Virus record (IMG/VR): IMGVR_UViG_3300018080_000001
Coordinates: 64,001-128,000 of that record
DNA from: a virus
Length of the DNA stretch: 64,000 nucleotides
Reading direction: 5' to 3' (one strand)
The notes beneath the pieces were generated by a model, which was not told the origin of the DNA, did not search any database, and saw only the letters and a program-made list of their open reading frames with translations. Every line of letters starts with the position of its first letter. The stretch's first letter is position 1. A program made the position numbers and the translations under genes. This document shows, piece by piece, positions 50,416-60,384 of this stretch.

Positions 50416-53400
50416 TTAATTTATTTTTATCTCCGTCCAAGATGCGGGATCAAAATAAATAGCGTTCGACGCAGTCGCCCAGCCTACACGCTGAGAATAA
50501 TCCCCTGTTGTTGTAGGATTAGTCTGCGTTAATTGACCGGCTGTAGTACTCACATATATTATACCTCCGGGTGTCCAGCTCCAAGTGTCATTCCTAATAG
50601 TACCACTTAATAAAACAGGTTTAGATCCTGTACCTGTAGCAAGAGCTAATGCTATACACGGCATAAAGGCATCCACATTGGCATCTGCCATATCAAAATT
50701 TCCGTCACTGGCAATCGACAAAGGAGCACCAACACCTGCTGTATTTGTATCCACTGTAGCCGTAACCCAATCCCCCGTATAATCCAAATTAGAAGCAGGC
50801 ACCAAAACTAATTGTCTTTTATTAGTACTACGCCACGTAAGATTGCCCGCCAAAAAATGCTCTGAATTATTATCCCCCTTGGGACAAAGTCCGTGAGCGC
50901 TTATAGTAGCATTTAAATCAGTATTATCTTGAGGATCATCAAAATCGTCTAATCTAACAGCATCCGACCCACCTTTTCGGTGTGAAGAACCGTGTACTGT
51001 GGGAGTTCTAGTATCACTGGAATCGTCCAGTGTAGCATCCGATATTTTGGCATTAAGATTAGCCAAAGTATCTGCACTATGCGCAGCGCCGCCCATAGCA
51101 TGTGCTGTGGGCGTTCTAGACGCTGAAGAATCATCCAACGTGGCATCAGAAATCTTAGCGTTCAGATTGGCTAGAGTGTCCGCAGAATGAAGAGCACCCG
51201 CTAAACCGTGCGCTGTAGGAGTACGGGATGCAGAAGAATCATCCAACGTGGCGTCCGACACCTTGGCATTCAGATTAGCAAGGGTGTCAGCACTATGCTC
51301 CACACCCGCTAAATTGTGTGTAAAATCGGATATTGTATTTTTTAGTTGTGTACCCGTATGATTAGCCCGTGCTCTATCCGTTGCATGATAGTGTAAAGCC
51401 GTATCACCGGTATCAGTTAAATCTGTATGCTGAGCATTAGTAAAATGATAATAATCATTTAAAGCCCCACCCTGGATACCAGTCAACGTGTTATGACCGC
51501 CAAAAGGTGATGTAGAAACTGATAGATATGGATCAAACGGAGATTGTATGTCTGTAAAACTAACCCCATTATACTGTACTATAATCTTGAATATAAGAGT
51601 ACCCACGGAAACATTATCAAATTCCGGAGGTAATGTTGTGGGCAATTTAGCTATCTGAGCATCCGATAAATTCGAATAAACCGCTTGTCCATATAAAACA
51701 GACAAAAACGGCGTGGTATCAAAAACTAAAAAACCCCAGTGAACACCATAATTTCCAGCGCCTACAGCTGTCAACACCCCACTGTTATCATAGTTTTGAT
51801 TATCTATCTGTGTCTGACTACTGACCCGATTCCACCCACCAGCGCCATTTTGGTATACATAGGTAAAAGTATCCGCGCCTGAAGTATCAAAAGACGGATG
51901 AGAAATTCTTCGAGAACCATAGAAAAAAAACCCAGCAGTAACACTTAAATTACGAGTTCCGGTTTCTGTGGTCTTTGTCCCAGTTTTTACATGTTCATAG
52001 CCTTTTGTAGTAACAGATTTCTCATAATAGTTATGCTGCATGTCTACAGCTTGATTCCTGAAATCTCTTATGTATAAAGTATTTCCATTTCGTACAATAA
52101 TATAAATGAATATCTCAGAAAATCCATTAACTGGAGTTGTGGAATTTGTTATAATAGGATTTCCCGAATTCTCATCTATATACACATAATTTATAACATT
52201 ACCCGGAGTTGCTTCAGTAAGAGCAATAGAAGCCGCTGCGGGTACAGCATAAACCTTAAGCTCAGAAGACTCGGTAGCACCAACCCGTAACATAGCTTCA
52301 CCCGCAGCTACACCCACAGTCCCATCACCATTATCAGTAATCGCAAACCCATTTACTGTAGTTGAGCACCAATCAGCATTAAATAAACACGCCAAATCAG
52401 TACACGTAATAACCCCAGCATTCCCTTTTGTTATATAAGTCGCAGTAAAAGGATGATCAGGATCAGCAAGACCAGAAAGATTTCCATGATCTTGGACACT
52501 ACCCTCAACAGGATTTGCCCGACTAACACGCCAATCAACAAAGTCCTCACCCGTACCCGTAGATACAAATCTGGTTTTCACAGCATTAGTATAGGCGCTG
52601 CTAGTTTCACTGATAATAGAAGCGATAGCCAAAAATTCCTCAAAGGGTAAACCTGTTAAAATAAGTGAAGAAATTTCAGTATTAGCACCCGTACGAGCGG
52701 ACGCTACATCCGCGTATTCAACCTGTCCAACCACCGCAATAAAAGGCTGATTAGGATCATTAGTACCAAATACATGTATTAGAATAAATTTTCCCTCACC
52801 ACCTTCTGTTAACTGCCAATTACCGCCAGTAAACTGATTCCAAGCCATCCTACCCGTACCCGTTGTAGTCAAAGGAAAAGCAGTTTGCGGATCTATACGA
52901 CGCCAAACACCAGAACCTGATCGATAAAAAACCGGCCAATTTGCAGTAGAAACACGCGCGGATAACGTGTGTATAATATCCTCGTCTATTATTTGACCGC
53001 GTGTCAAACCCAACTGCGCGTGAGCATCTAAACTGCCATCACCGTCCACAACCATAGAAATAGGAGCTAGACCAAAATGATATACGGTACCAATAGCTGT
53101 ATGCCATAAAAACTGATCGGCACCGTCCATTTTAGGACCATGCCTTTCTTCAGCAAAATACAAAGCCTTTTTATTATCCGCATCCCAATAAATAATAGAA
53201 ACTATTGCATTTTGTAAATAAGTAGAAAAAGAAAGAGACGCTTCCTCTTTCAACGTGTAGTCCTCATAATATAAAAAATGTGATCCTTCGATATCCGAGA
53301 TAATAAGAGTGTCCGTATAATCTATATTACGTTTCTGCCCAGATGTATAGTAGGAAAAAGAAGATCCCGTAGGTTGAATAGTAAAGGCGCGAGTACCGTC

Positions 53401-53694
53401 GTCAAAAGCTATAGATGAATCCGTAGTATTAATAAAACCATTGGGCTCCGTACTGTCTACAAATTGATCTATTATAAGAACAGGAATGCTTTTTATTTCA
53501 CTACCATTTTCATCGGTAATAGTTATATACTCATTATCCACAGCATTTTGAATAGACGAAGATGCGGCCACTTCCTCTGCGGTAAATTCCACTAATAAAT
53601 CGTAATTAACAGTAGGGTGCGTAAAAGTTCTTGCACCCAAGTCATCCAAAACAACTGGACTCTGTAATCCGGTAGTTGTCAAATATATAGGCAT
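50416..53694 (-). CDS. Long fibre protein with His-containing repeats and C-terminal cement-like domain
   Basis: 1092 aa with 'HGNLSGL...H', 'ANHTGTQ', three 36-aa repeats, and 'WTPGGIIYVSTTAGQLT...QRVG'. Confidence 0.75.
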   Translation of the reverse strand: MPIYLTTTGLQSPVVLDDLGARTFTHPTVNYDLLVEFTAEEVAASSSIQNAVDNEYITITDENGSEIKSIPVLIIDQFVDSTEPNGFINTTDSSIAFDDGTRAFTIQPTGSSFSYYTSGQKRNIDYTDTLIISDIEGSHFLYYEDYTLKEEASLSFSTYLQNAIVSIIYWDADNKKALYFAEERHGPKMDGADQFLWHTAIGTVYHFGLAPISMVVDGDGSLDAHAQLGLTRGQIIDEDIIHTLSARVSTANWPVFYRSGSGVWRRIDPQTAFPLTTTGTGRMAWNQFTGGNWQLTEGGEGKFILIHVFGTNDPNQPFIAVVGQVEYADVASARTGANTEISSLILTGLPFEEFLAIASIISETSSAYTNAVKTRFVSTGTGEDFVDWRVSRANPVEGSVQDHGNLSGLADPDHPFTATYITKGNAGVITCTDLACLFNADWCSTTVNGFAITDNGDGTVGVAAGEAMLRVGATESSELKVYAVPAAASIALTEATPGNVINYVYIDENSGNPIITNSTTPVNGFSEIFIYIIVRNGNTLYIRDFRNQAVDMQHNYYEKSVTTKGYEHVKTGTKTTETGTRNLSVTAGFFFYGSRRISHPSFDTSGADTFTYVYQNGAGGWNRVSSQTQIDNQNYDNSGVLTAVGAGNYGVHWGFLVFDTTPFLSVLYGQAVYSNLSDAQIAKLPTTLPPEFDNVSVGTLIFKIIVQYNGVSFTDIQSPFDPYLSVSTSPFGGHNTLTGIQGGALNDYYHFTNAQHTDLTDTGDTALHYHATDRARANHTGTQLKNTISDFTHNLAGVEHSADTLANLNAKVSDATLDDSSASRTPTAHGLAGALHSADTLANLNAKISDATLDDSSASRTPTAHAMGGAAHSADTLANLNAKISDATLDDSSDTRTPTVHGSSHRKGGSDAVRLDDFDDPQDNTDLNATISAHGLCPKGDNNSEHFLAGNLTWRSTNKRQLVLVPASNLDYTGDWVTATVDTNTAGVGAPLSIASDGNFDMADANVDAFMPCIALALATGTGSKPVLLSGTIRNDTWSWTPGGIIYVSTTAGQLTQTNPTTTGDYSQRVGWATASNAIYFDPASWTEIKIN
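50995..51318 (-). repeat. Three tandem 108-bp (36-aa) repeats
   Basis: HxxxGxxHSADTLANLNAK(V/I)SDATLDDSSxxRTPTx, three times. Confidence 0.9.
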
Positions 53695-53698
53695 TATC

Positions 53699-54307
53699 CT
53701 ATCTCCTTACCACTAGTACATTAATAATCGGACGATCTATTAATGTGCCATTACAATACATTTGAATCTCATCACCCGCATCAATATTTACTGACGGCGC
53801 AACATAACCCTGATCAGCGTTCACAATTGACAAAGAAACTATAGGTGTTAAAACACCGTTTTTACGCACTTCAGCCACCCATGTTTCGTTTCCACTAGTA
53901 GACACAGTAACAAAACCTATAGTAAGCGCAACAGGTACATAATAACCAGATATATTAGTAGGCACATTCCCAGGACCTCTTAAGTACGAATTAGTTACAA
54001 GACTATCTCTACCCGCAGAAATAAGAGCACTACCATAAGCCGAACTACCCACAGCAGCTATGTACTTCAAATCCATTACACCATCACGACTTAAGAGTAT
54101 TCCGTCCAAATAAACATCGATATCGGAGCTATCTATTAAACCAAGCAAAGAATTTACAAATAAATCATCCAATTGGATATATTTCATATCCAAAGTCTCG
54201 CTACCTTTAGGTGCTACGGTAACACTGGCAAATCCAGTTTTACCTATAACGGAAATAGACTTATTATCATCCTTATTAGTAATCGTAATAAATCGGGCAT
54301 CAGGCAT
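53699..54307 (-). CDS. Fibre-associated structural protein
   Basis: C-terminal jelly-roll-like 'EVRKNG...NIDAGDEIQ'. Likely start is the ATG at 54307. Confidence 0.5.
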   Translation of the reverse strand: MPDARFITITNKDDNKSISVIGKTGFASVTVAPKGSETLDMKYIQLDDLFVNSLLGLIDSSDIDVYLDGILLSRDGVMDLKYIAAVGSSAYGSALISAGRDSLVTNSYLRGPGNVPTNISGYYVPVALTIGFVTVSTSGNETWVAEVRKNGVLTPIVSLSIVNADQGYVAPSVNIDAGDEIQMYCNGTLIDRPIINVLVVRR

Positions 54308-54408
54308 TTCACACCCCCTGACAAAATTATTAGAAGTGAAGATCTCCCCCACATCATAACAAAATATATTATCACTATAATGTAGAGAATTCTTAAAGAC
54401 TTTAAATA

Positions 54409-54579
54409 TTATTTATTATAATTATCGGAATAAAGTTTACATTTAGAATAGTATTCACCGCACACTTCTTTATCACAAGTACTGTCGTGCTCACCAAAAC
54501 AGGAAGGCTTACTCGATACTTTTTTATCCGACAACTTAGTAAAAACTATTTTCTCTATCTTTTTCCTACGCTTAGCCAT
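54409..54579 (-). CDS. Small basic Cys-rich protein (56 aa, not in the ORF track)
   Basis: MAKRRKKIEK...PSCFGEHDSTCDKEVCGEYYSKCK...*. The ATG abuts the terminase stop. Confidence 0.55.
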   Translation of the reverse strand: MAKRRKKIEKIVFTKLSDKKVSSKPSCFGEHDSTCDKEVCGEYYSKCKLYSDNYNK

Positions 54580-56763
54580 TTACCAAGGTCTCTTACCGGG
54601 CAATAACCTACCTGTATAAGATCCAGCCTGAGAAACTTGTCGCTTTCTCATCTCGCGCAGCTTCATAGTATCCGACGTTCTATCTACTACAGAATCTTGT
54701 ACCAGTTTATTAGCGCCCACTACACAATGTGCAGTGTCATCGGAATCAATACCGCGCTTCTTACCTTTATTTGGGTTAAAAACTTTCTTCAAGTCCGGAG
54801 ATCTGTTCAAACGCATAAGCTCCACAACCGCCACACCCGCTCCACTCATTTCAACTTGTGTCTTCCCAAACATTAAATTTCCATGTGCATCTATATCAAG
54901 ATTGTCTTTTTCATCGGGTGGCAGCATCACAACACGACCGTTATAAGCTAAACGTACAAAAGACACAAAATCCTCGACCTTCAAACTCTCTTTATGAGAC
55001 ATAATACCTAAATCTCTTATCTGTTGTATGGAACTATCAGAACTCCAACGATCAAAACAGACTGAAGCAATATTAATACGATCTTTTAAATTTTGGATAA
55101 TATCTATAATACATTGAAACCAAATATCGCGCTCAACAGTGGGTACAATGCGCATAGCGAAATCCACCACCGTCGTTAACATCTCTCCAGGGTGTATTCT
55201 TGAGACAATAGGCTTAACCGGCTGATTTACAAAACGCTTCCCCATTCCTCTAGCTGAAGGACTATCGGGATGAACACCGTACCTATCCTGTATATGCATC
55301 ATGCCGCCTGATGGCTCTATACGCCCTCTGGCTGGCTCCGCAATCGCCGCATTGCCCTCTTCATATATCTCAGCATCAACCCACTCAGGATGAGCACAGA
55401 CAAGCGCAAAACTATCCCAAGAGACACCCGCATCACCAAACAAATAATGAGGGGTCTTAGGCACTAAATCGCAAAATTCTAAGGCAGAAGCCACATACAA
55501 CTTTTCCGTTTTATCACTACGGTATTCTTCAACAAACGTAGCAATCGGCCTACGATTAAAATCAATTGAAGACCAAAATCTTAAGGGATCATCAATCAAC
55601 GGTGTTTCTGCATTTGGAGGATTAGCCCCAAAATCTCTCTCCGCACCTATTGGATCTTCCGCGTATTTATCATCAAAAGCAGACCTTGGCTGCTCTGGAT
55701 TAAACTCCCATGTAGGGCAGTGCACCCAATAAGTTTTCTTCAACTCCCTGGCCTGTGCTCTTTTGCAATGAAGCATCGCAGGATCTTCTTGAGATAGGGG
55801 GGAAGTAACATTAAACATCATACCAAAAGGTAACGTTGTAATATCATGAACCAGATTATAGTTTCTTACCGTCATCAAAGAGTTGTCCAAAACTCGATAT
55901 AACTCTTTAGCAGATCGTGCGCTTTCCGTATCCTGTAAACGAGACCACTCATCAATAGAAGAAAATATCCTAGTTTTACCCGCTACACCACTACTATCGG
56001 AAGCAATCCTATTGTAACGAACTTGTAAATAACCATCACTTATAATATGATCTAACTGACGGTACTTCCAAGGATCTACGCTGCCTGTCTGCTTTCTTTC
56101 CTTTTTCTTAACCCAATTTATATACTTTTTTATCCAAGGGCTGTTCTTGCGCATCTCTCTATATTTTGCGTATATAGTATCTTGCGCCTGAGTTGCAGTA
56201 GATGCGGCAAAAGTCACTTCAAACCATTCTGATCTCTCCTGACCTAGAAATGTTTGGAGAGCTCCTTTGTTTCTTATACCCTGGGTTATAGCTAAATGCT
56301 CTATATAACCCCCAACATGACCGCCTGAATACGATTTTCCCGCACGCATTCCTATAATCCAAATACCGTCATTTACATAACGAATAACCCCGTCTTTAAG
56401 AAATTCCCGCATCGTATTGCCGCACTTAGGACAAACAAAATCTTTATAATCGGTATTCCAAACTAATAATGTCTCGGACTCTAATTCTAATCTAGATTTA
56501 CCCCAACAACTTATATCTTCAGGATCTTGAGAATTACATAACTTGCATCTCAAATTAAACATATCTCGAAGATGCTGGTATTGCCCCCAAAACTTATAAG
56601 TAGACGGAACATTCCAGTACTCCGTACGAGTAATCCATTCAATTATGTTTGGAGCCGGTTGACTAAGATATTCTAAATCTTTATCGACAGAAGCTGACCC
56701 AGAAGAAACGCAGCTATCTATTTTATCGTCTAAATCAGATAAAAAATCATCCAAGTCTTTCAT
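54580..56763 (-). CDS. terL: Terminase large subunit
   Basis: Walker A 'GMRAGKS', Walker B 'FSSIDEW', coupling motif 'VTSP', nuclease motifs 'FGDAGVSWDSFA', 'CFDRW', 'SDDTAHC'. Confidence 0.9.
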   Translation of the reverse strand: MKDLDDFLSDLDDKIDSCVSSGSASVDKDLEYLSQPAPNIIEWITRTEYWNVPSTYKFWGQYQHLRDMFNLRCKLCNSQDPEDISCWGKSRLELESETLLVWNTDYKDFVCPKCGNTMREFLKDGVIRYVNDGIWIIGMRAGKSYSGGHVGGYIEHLAITQGIRNKGALQTFLGQERSEWFEVTFAASTATQAQDTIYAKYREMRKNSPWIKKYINWVKKKERKQTGSVDPWKYRQLDHIISDGYLQVRYNRIASDSSGVAGKTRIFSSIDEWSRLQDTESARSAKELYRVLDNSLMTVRNYNLVHDITTLPFGMMFNVTSPLSQEDPAMLHCKRAQARELKKTYWVHCPTWEFNPEQPRSAFDDKYAEDPIGAERDFGANPPNAETPLIDDPLRFWSSIDFNRRPIATFVEEYRSDKTEKLYVASALEFCDLVPKTPHYLFGDAGVSWDSFALVCAHPEWVDAEIYEEGNAAIAEPARGRIEPSGGMMHIQDRYGVHPDSPSARGMGKRFVNQPVKPIVSRIHPGEMLTTVVDFAMRIVPTVERDIWFQCIIDIIQNLKDRINIASVCFDRWSSDSSIQQIRDLGIMSHKESLKVEDFVSFVRLAYNGRVVMLPPDEKDNLDIDAHGNLMFGKTQVEMSGAGVAVVELMRLNRSPDLKKVFNPNKGKKRGIDSDDTAHCVVGANKLVQDSVVDRTSDTMKLREMRKRQVSQAGSYTGRLLPGKRPW

Positions 56764-57014
56764 TAACTTTTCTTTAAAGACCTAGAACTAGTACTTAAAC
56801 CACAATCATATAGACATTTCAAGAATTCTTTGAAAGTCATATTAATATTATAGGATCTACCACATTTTAAATGAACTACACAAAAAGGTTCTCCCGAAAT
56901 AGATAGCTTGGTATGGTCTTCAACAGACGATATATCCTCCGGTTCTATTAGAACTTGTTCATACGTGTCTACAGAACCAGAATGTAAATAAAGCAATGAA
57001 ATTTTACTTTTCAT
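56763..57014 (-). CDS. Hypothetical protein
   Basis: Stop overlaps the terL start. Confidence 0.5.
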   Translation of the reverse strand: MKSKISLLYLHSGSVDTYEQVLIEPEDISSVEDHTKLSISGEPFCVVHLKCGRSYNINMTFKEFLKCLYDCGLSTSSRSLKKS

Positions 57015-57015
57015 A

Positions 57016-57300
57016 TTATAACAATCTTTCCAAATAAAAATTATTTACTAAAATTTTATTTATTGTATTTGTTATCTTAAGATCAGGAATATTTTCCGGA
57101 ATTTTATATTTATCTCCATCAATATATAGTACTAAACCTTTAGGGCGAAGATTAAAAACTTTCGGAATTTCTACTACTGCAACTTTTATATTCTCACCTT
57201 CAACATAATCAGAATCAACCATTACAACACGAGCAATAGGTTTTCCAATCTCATCACGAGCCATATGATCTTTAGAAAAATATTTTGGTTTATCTACCAC
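57016..57300 (-). CDS. Hypothetical protein
   Basis: Tight operon packing. Confidence 0.5.
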   Translation of the reverse strand: MVDKPKYFSKDHMARDEIGKPIARVVMVDSDYVEGENIKVAVVEIPKVFNLRPKGLVLYIDGDKYKIPENIPDLKITNTINKILVNNFYLERLL

Positions 57301-57494
57301 TAAATCCAGCCCTTCTTTTCAGCAAACCAACTGGATGCTATTAAATCACCTTCAGTTCCTTCCTTATATACTTCAGAATCATCATCAATTTGGGATAAAG
57401 GAATCCATAGAGCCTCATCAAATTCATCGCACTCAACTAAAATGGCTTTATCTGTTTCTCTGACACAGACACATTTTTCTATTGTGTGTTTCAT
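57300..57494 (-). CDS. Small conserved phage protein
   Basis: 'ETDKAILV......WIPLSQI' motif, common in phage small beta proteins. Confidence 0.6.
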   Translation of the reverse strand: MKHTIEKCVCVRETDKAILVECDEFDEALWIPLSQIDDDSEVYKEGTEGDLIASSWFAEKKGWI

Positions 57495-57760
57495 CTTTCT
57501 TTATTCTCGCCTATAACAACAGGACCCACAGGTTCAAATAAAATTGACGTTTCTCCAATATAAGCACATTTAAAAGTATAATCATTTATGACATACTTTT
57601 CACCCACGGTAAAAATACTCCAATGTTTCGGTACAGGAGATCCATCAGGTCTTAATAAAACATTTTTAACAAAGGTATCGGGATTATATTCATTTATTTT
57701 ATCAGCAATTTTCTTCGTGTCTGAAGATAGTACTTCAAATTTATTTGTTTCGGGATTCAT
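57491..57760 (-). CDS. Hypothetical protein
   Basis: Overlapping stop/start packing. Confidence 0.55.
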   Translation of the reverse strand: MNPETNKFEVLSSDTKKIADKINEYNPDTFVKNVLLRPDGSPVPKHWSIFTVGEKYVINDYTFKCAYIGETSILFEPVGPVVIGENKER

Positions 57761-57772
57761 TTTTTATCCTAT

Positions 57773-58003
57773 CTAGTTGCCTCGCGTGCGTTTATATAAT
57801 CCTCGCGGAAACGGAATCTGTTCACAACAAGTCTTAGGTCTTAAATCTCTAGAACGAAAATTACCAGTTTTTTCGTTTTCGTTTTTAGATAATTCAAATT
57901 CAAAACCCTTTTCATAACACGGAGCATTAAAACACTTGTAATTACCTTTTTTATTAATAGTTTCCTCTGCTGTCATTTTTCCACACAATGGACATTTCTT
58001 CAT
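57773..58003 (-). CDS. Zinc-ribbon small protein
   Basis: CPLC...CFNAPC. Confidence 0.5.
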   Translation of the reverse strand: MKKCPLCGKMTAEETINKKGNYKCFNAPCYEKGFEFELSKNENEKTGNFRSRDLRPKTCCEQIPFPRGLYKRTRGN

Positions 58004-58004
58004 T

Positions 58005-58799
58005 TTATTTTATCCCAAAATCCTTTATTATACTATTTATAATATCGCGCACAGCAGATTTCATATTGGTCTTAACCTTCGACCTTATTAAAGAAATTAC
58101 CTCGTCTGGAACAGATGAATTAGCCGGTAATATCTGCCTAAGCATTGTGTTTGCCTCTTCAGTGGCATCAATTAAACTATTTAAAAAAGACATTGTTGTA
58201 TGCTCAACCGCGCTTTTAATTGCGGATTCAGTTATTTTACTACTATTTTTTAATTTTAATAAATCTTGTCTAGTAGATATAGCGGATTGAGCTAAATCAA
58301 ATGCCAATTTCATTTCTTGTATGCTCGGTTTTTTATTAGGATTTTTTTCCAACTCCTTTTTGGTTCGATCATTATATTCCATAAGACGCTGCTCTAAATC
58401 ACGAATCATGTCTCGAAGTTGATTAAATTTATCTAACTCTGTTATATAACCATCTGTTACAACGGCATCTGCCATAGCCTGCGTTGTTTCATCAAACGCG
58501 GCAGAACCACGCTCAACAGAAGTTGTTATACTGCGAGAAACCTCTAGCATCATTAAGTCCACTGTAGGAATATGTTGTTTAAAATGATTAGATAAATTTT
58601 GATGATTAAATTTCGGAAGCTGTTTTTCTCTAATAACTCCATTATTATAAACTTCTATCGAGTTATTTAACCAAGCCAAAACTTTAGTTTGAGACATTTT
58701 ATCTTTTAATACTTTATTATGTACTTGTACCCAAAGATCTTTGTCTCGCTTAATTAATTTGCATAACTTGCATTTGTAATGTAACTTTGCTTTAGTCAT
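58005..58799 (-). CDS. Candidate terminase small subunit
   Basis: N-terminal CxxC plus HTH-like 'NLSNHFKQH', followed by coiled coils. Lies about 1.2 kb upstream of terL. Confidence 0.5.
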   Translation of the reverse strand: MTKAKLHYKCKLCKLIKRDKDLWVQVHNKVLKDKMSQTKVLAWLNNSIEVYNNGVIREKQLPKFNHQNLSNHFKQHIPTVDLMMLEVSRSITTSVERGSAAFDETTQAMADAVVTDGYITELDKFNQLRDMIRDLEQRLMEYNDRTKKELEKNPNKKPSIQEMKLAFDLAQSAISTRQDLLKLKNSSKITESAIKSAVEHTTMSFLNSLIDATEEANTMLRQILPANSSVPDEVISLIRSKVKTNMKSAVRDIINSIIKDFGIK

Positions 58800-58847
58800 T
58801 ATTCAGCACAACAAAAAGATATAATATTGTAATTCTCCAAAATCACG

Positions 58848-59255
58848 CTACCCTCCGGCTACTGTATCATACCCATAAATCTCACAACTCGTAGGATCTT
58901 CTTCCCCGCAATCGGGTAAATTCTTAACACGATTTAATTGCTCTTCGGAAATTTCCTCGCGGTGCATCGCCAAATAATGTATGCACAAAAAATTTGTTAT
59001 TTCCCCACCGGGAAGTAGATAATCAACATTTGAACTAGCCGCGCCACAAGAACAAGTATGAAAGCCTCTTGTAGAAAGCCCAGCAATAAATTTACCTGTA
59101 TTTACTCCAACACGGCCTATGCCACTATCCGCGCAACCTTCGCACACAGCAGATCTAAAACAAGCAGTCATTTTTTTAGTAAGATTATCTATCACGGGCT
59201 TCTTACCCGGTTTATTTTTAGGCTCAATAAAAAGTAAAAATCTGTTATCGATCAT
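58848..59255 (-). CDS. Cys/His-rich conserved hypothetical protein
   Basis: 'RGFHTCSCG...LCIHYLAMHR'. Confidence 0.55.
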   Translation of the reverse strand: MIDNRFLLFIEPKNKPGKKPVIDNLTKKMTACFRSAVCEGCADSGIGRVGVNTGKFIAGLSTRGFHTCSCGAASSNVDYLLPGGEITNFLCIHYLAMHREEISEEQLNRVKNLPDCGEEDPTSCEIYGYDTVAGG

Positions 59256-59259
59256 CCCA

Positions 59260-59670
59260 TCACCCTATATTATATTTGAATCGTTGCCCGTCACTCTCAG
59301 GACTACCACAAAAATAAGTGTACCAGAAAAAACCTGCGTCAATTAGACCCACTAGCGGAAATATAATAAAAAATATTTTCCACTCAGTTGGAACTAAGTA
59401 AACTACAAGTGACATAAGAAAGAACCAAAATAAACCAGCAAAAAATGGTGCTATGTGTCTTGGCTTTGGGGAAGCAAACTCAGAAGCCTCTCCAGAAATG
59501 TAACGAGAAAAATAAAATCTAGAACGATACCGGTGCGGGTAGGGGTAAACACCCAAAGGTTTTCTTCCCTCAACGATCCAACCAACCAAAAGGTGGCTTA
59601 ACTCATGCATAAGATTTTGCATAAACCAGGCTACGGGGATAGTCAAGAAAACATACCAAGAAAATTCCAT
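59260..59670 (-). CDS. Membrane HExxH (M50/zincin-like) peptidase
   Basis: TM followed by 'MHELSH', then 'IAPF' and a C-terminal 'SDG'. Likely start is the ATG at 59670 (GAGGAG RBS). Confidence 0.6.
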   Translation of the reverse strand: MEFSWYVFLTIPVAWFMQNLMHELSHLLVGWIVEGRKPLGVYPYPHRYRSRFYFSRYISGEASEFASPKPRHIAPFFAGLFWFFLMSLVVYLVPTEWKIFFIIFPLVGLIDAGFFWYTYFCGSPESDGQRFKYNIG

Positions 59671-59870
59671 TTCGCAGCTCCTCACAAAATAAGATACTTT
59701 TACAAAAAATAAGATTTTGATAATCGATAGCAATAAGCGGATTAAAAATTTATTTTCAAATTTTTAAATATAAAAACTATATTTTTAGTTATAAACTATA
59801 ATAGACCCTTCCCCTCTTTCCTTCCTTCTCCCCCATACCCCCTCTTCTATCCTATTACCCTAACCCTTTA

Positions 59871-59904
59871 GAACTTAGAAATACATGTTTGTATTTCTAA
59901 GTTC
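59871..59904. repeat. Perfect 15-bp inverted repeat in a non-coding gap
   Basis: GAACTTAGAAATACA-tgtt-TGTATTTCTAAGTTC. Confidence 0.85.
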
Positions 59905-60082
59905 ATATTGTTATTAGACTACTTGTCACCTATGGTGACATGTACTCCAAGTTCTATGTTCAATCTCTGCTACTATATTTATATTATAACTATGTTCAAA
60001 TGGACGTATAGCTATAATATAAATATAGATAGCAAGATTTTCCCTACGGTAAAATCTACTATTCAGCGCACGCGCGCGTGAT

Positions 60083-60379
60083 CTAATCTAAAAGAGAATT
60101 TCCAGATAGAAAAATACTTCTGAGATTTCCTAATTCAAAAATTATAGCTTCAAGTTTATTGTATGCTTGGTTTCTACATTTACCAGCTAAAATTATTTCC
60201 ATAGTTTCATAAGATAATCTTTCTAGCTTATCTATAGACTTAAGCTCTACACTTTCCTGGATTTCTTCTAAATGTTTTTTTAACTTTACATCGTGTTTTA
60301 TACTTATTAATGGTGTTTTTTCTACATTTTCCATGTTATTATTTTCTATTAATTCTATTTTTTTATCTACGTTTTTCAT
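60083..60379 (-). CDS. Hypothetical protein
   Basis: Likely start is the ATG at 60379 (GAGGA RBS). Confidence 0.45.
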   Translation of the reverse strand: MKNVDKKIELIENNNMENVEKTPLISIKHDVKLKKHLEEIQESVELKSIDKLERLSYETMEIILAGKCRNQAYNKLEAIIFELGNLRSIFLSGNSLLD

Positions 60380-60384
60380 AGAAT

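Noticed and set aside
54580-56763. Intein or intron in the long terminase
   Set aside because: No intein splice-junction motifs (C...HN) or LAGLIDADG blocks are visible. The extra length comes from short insertions.
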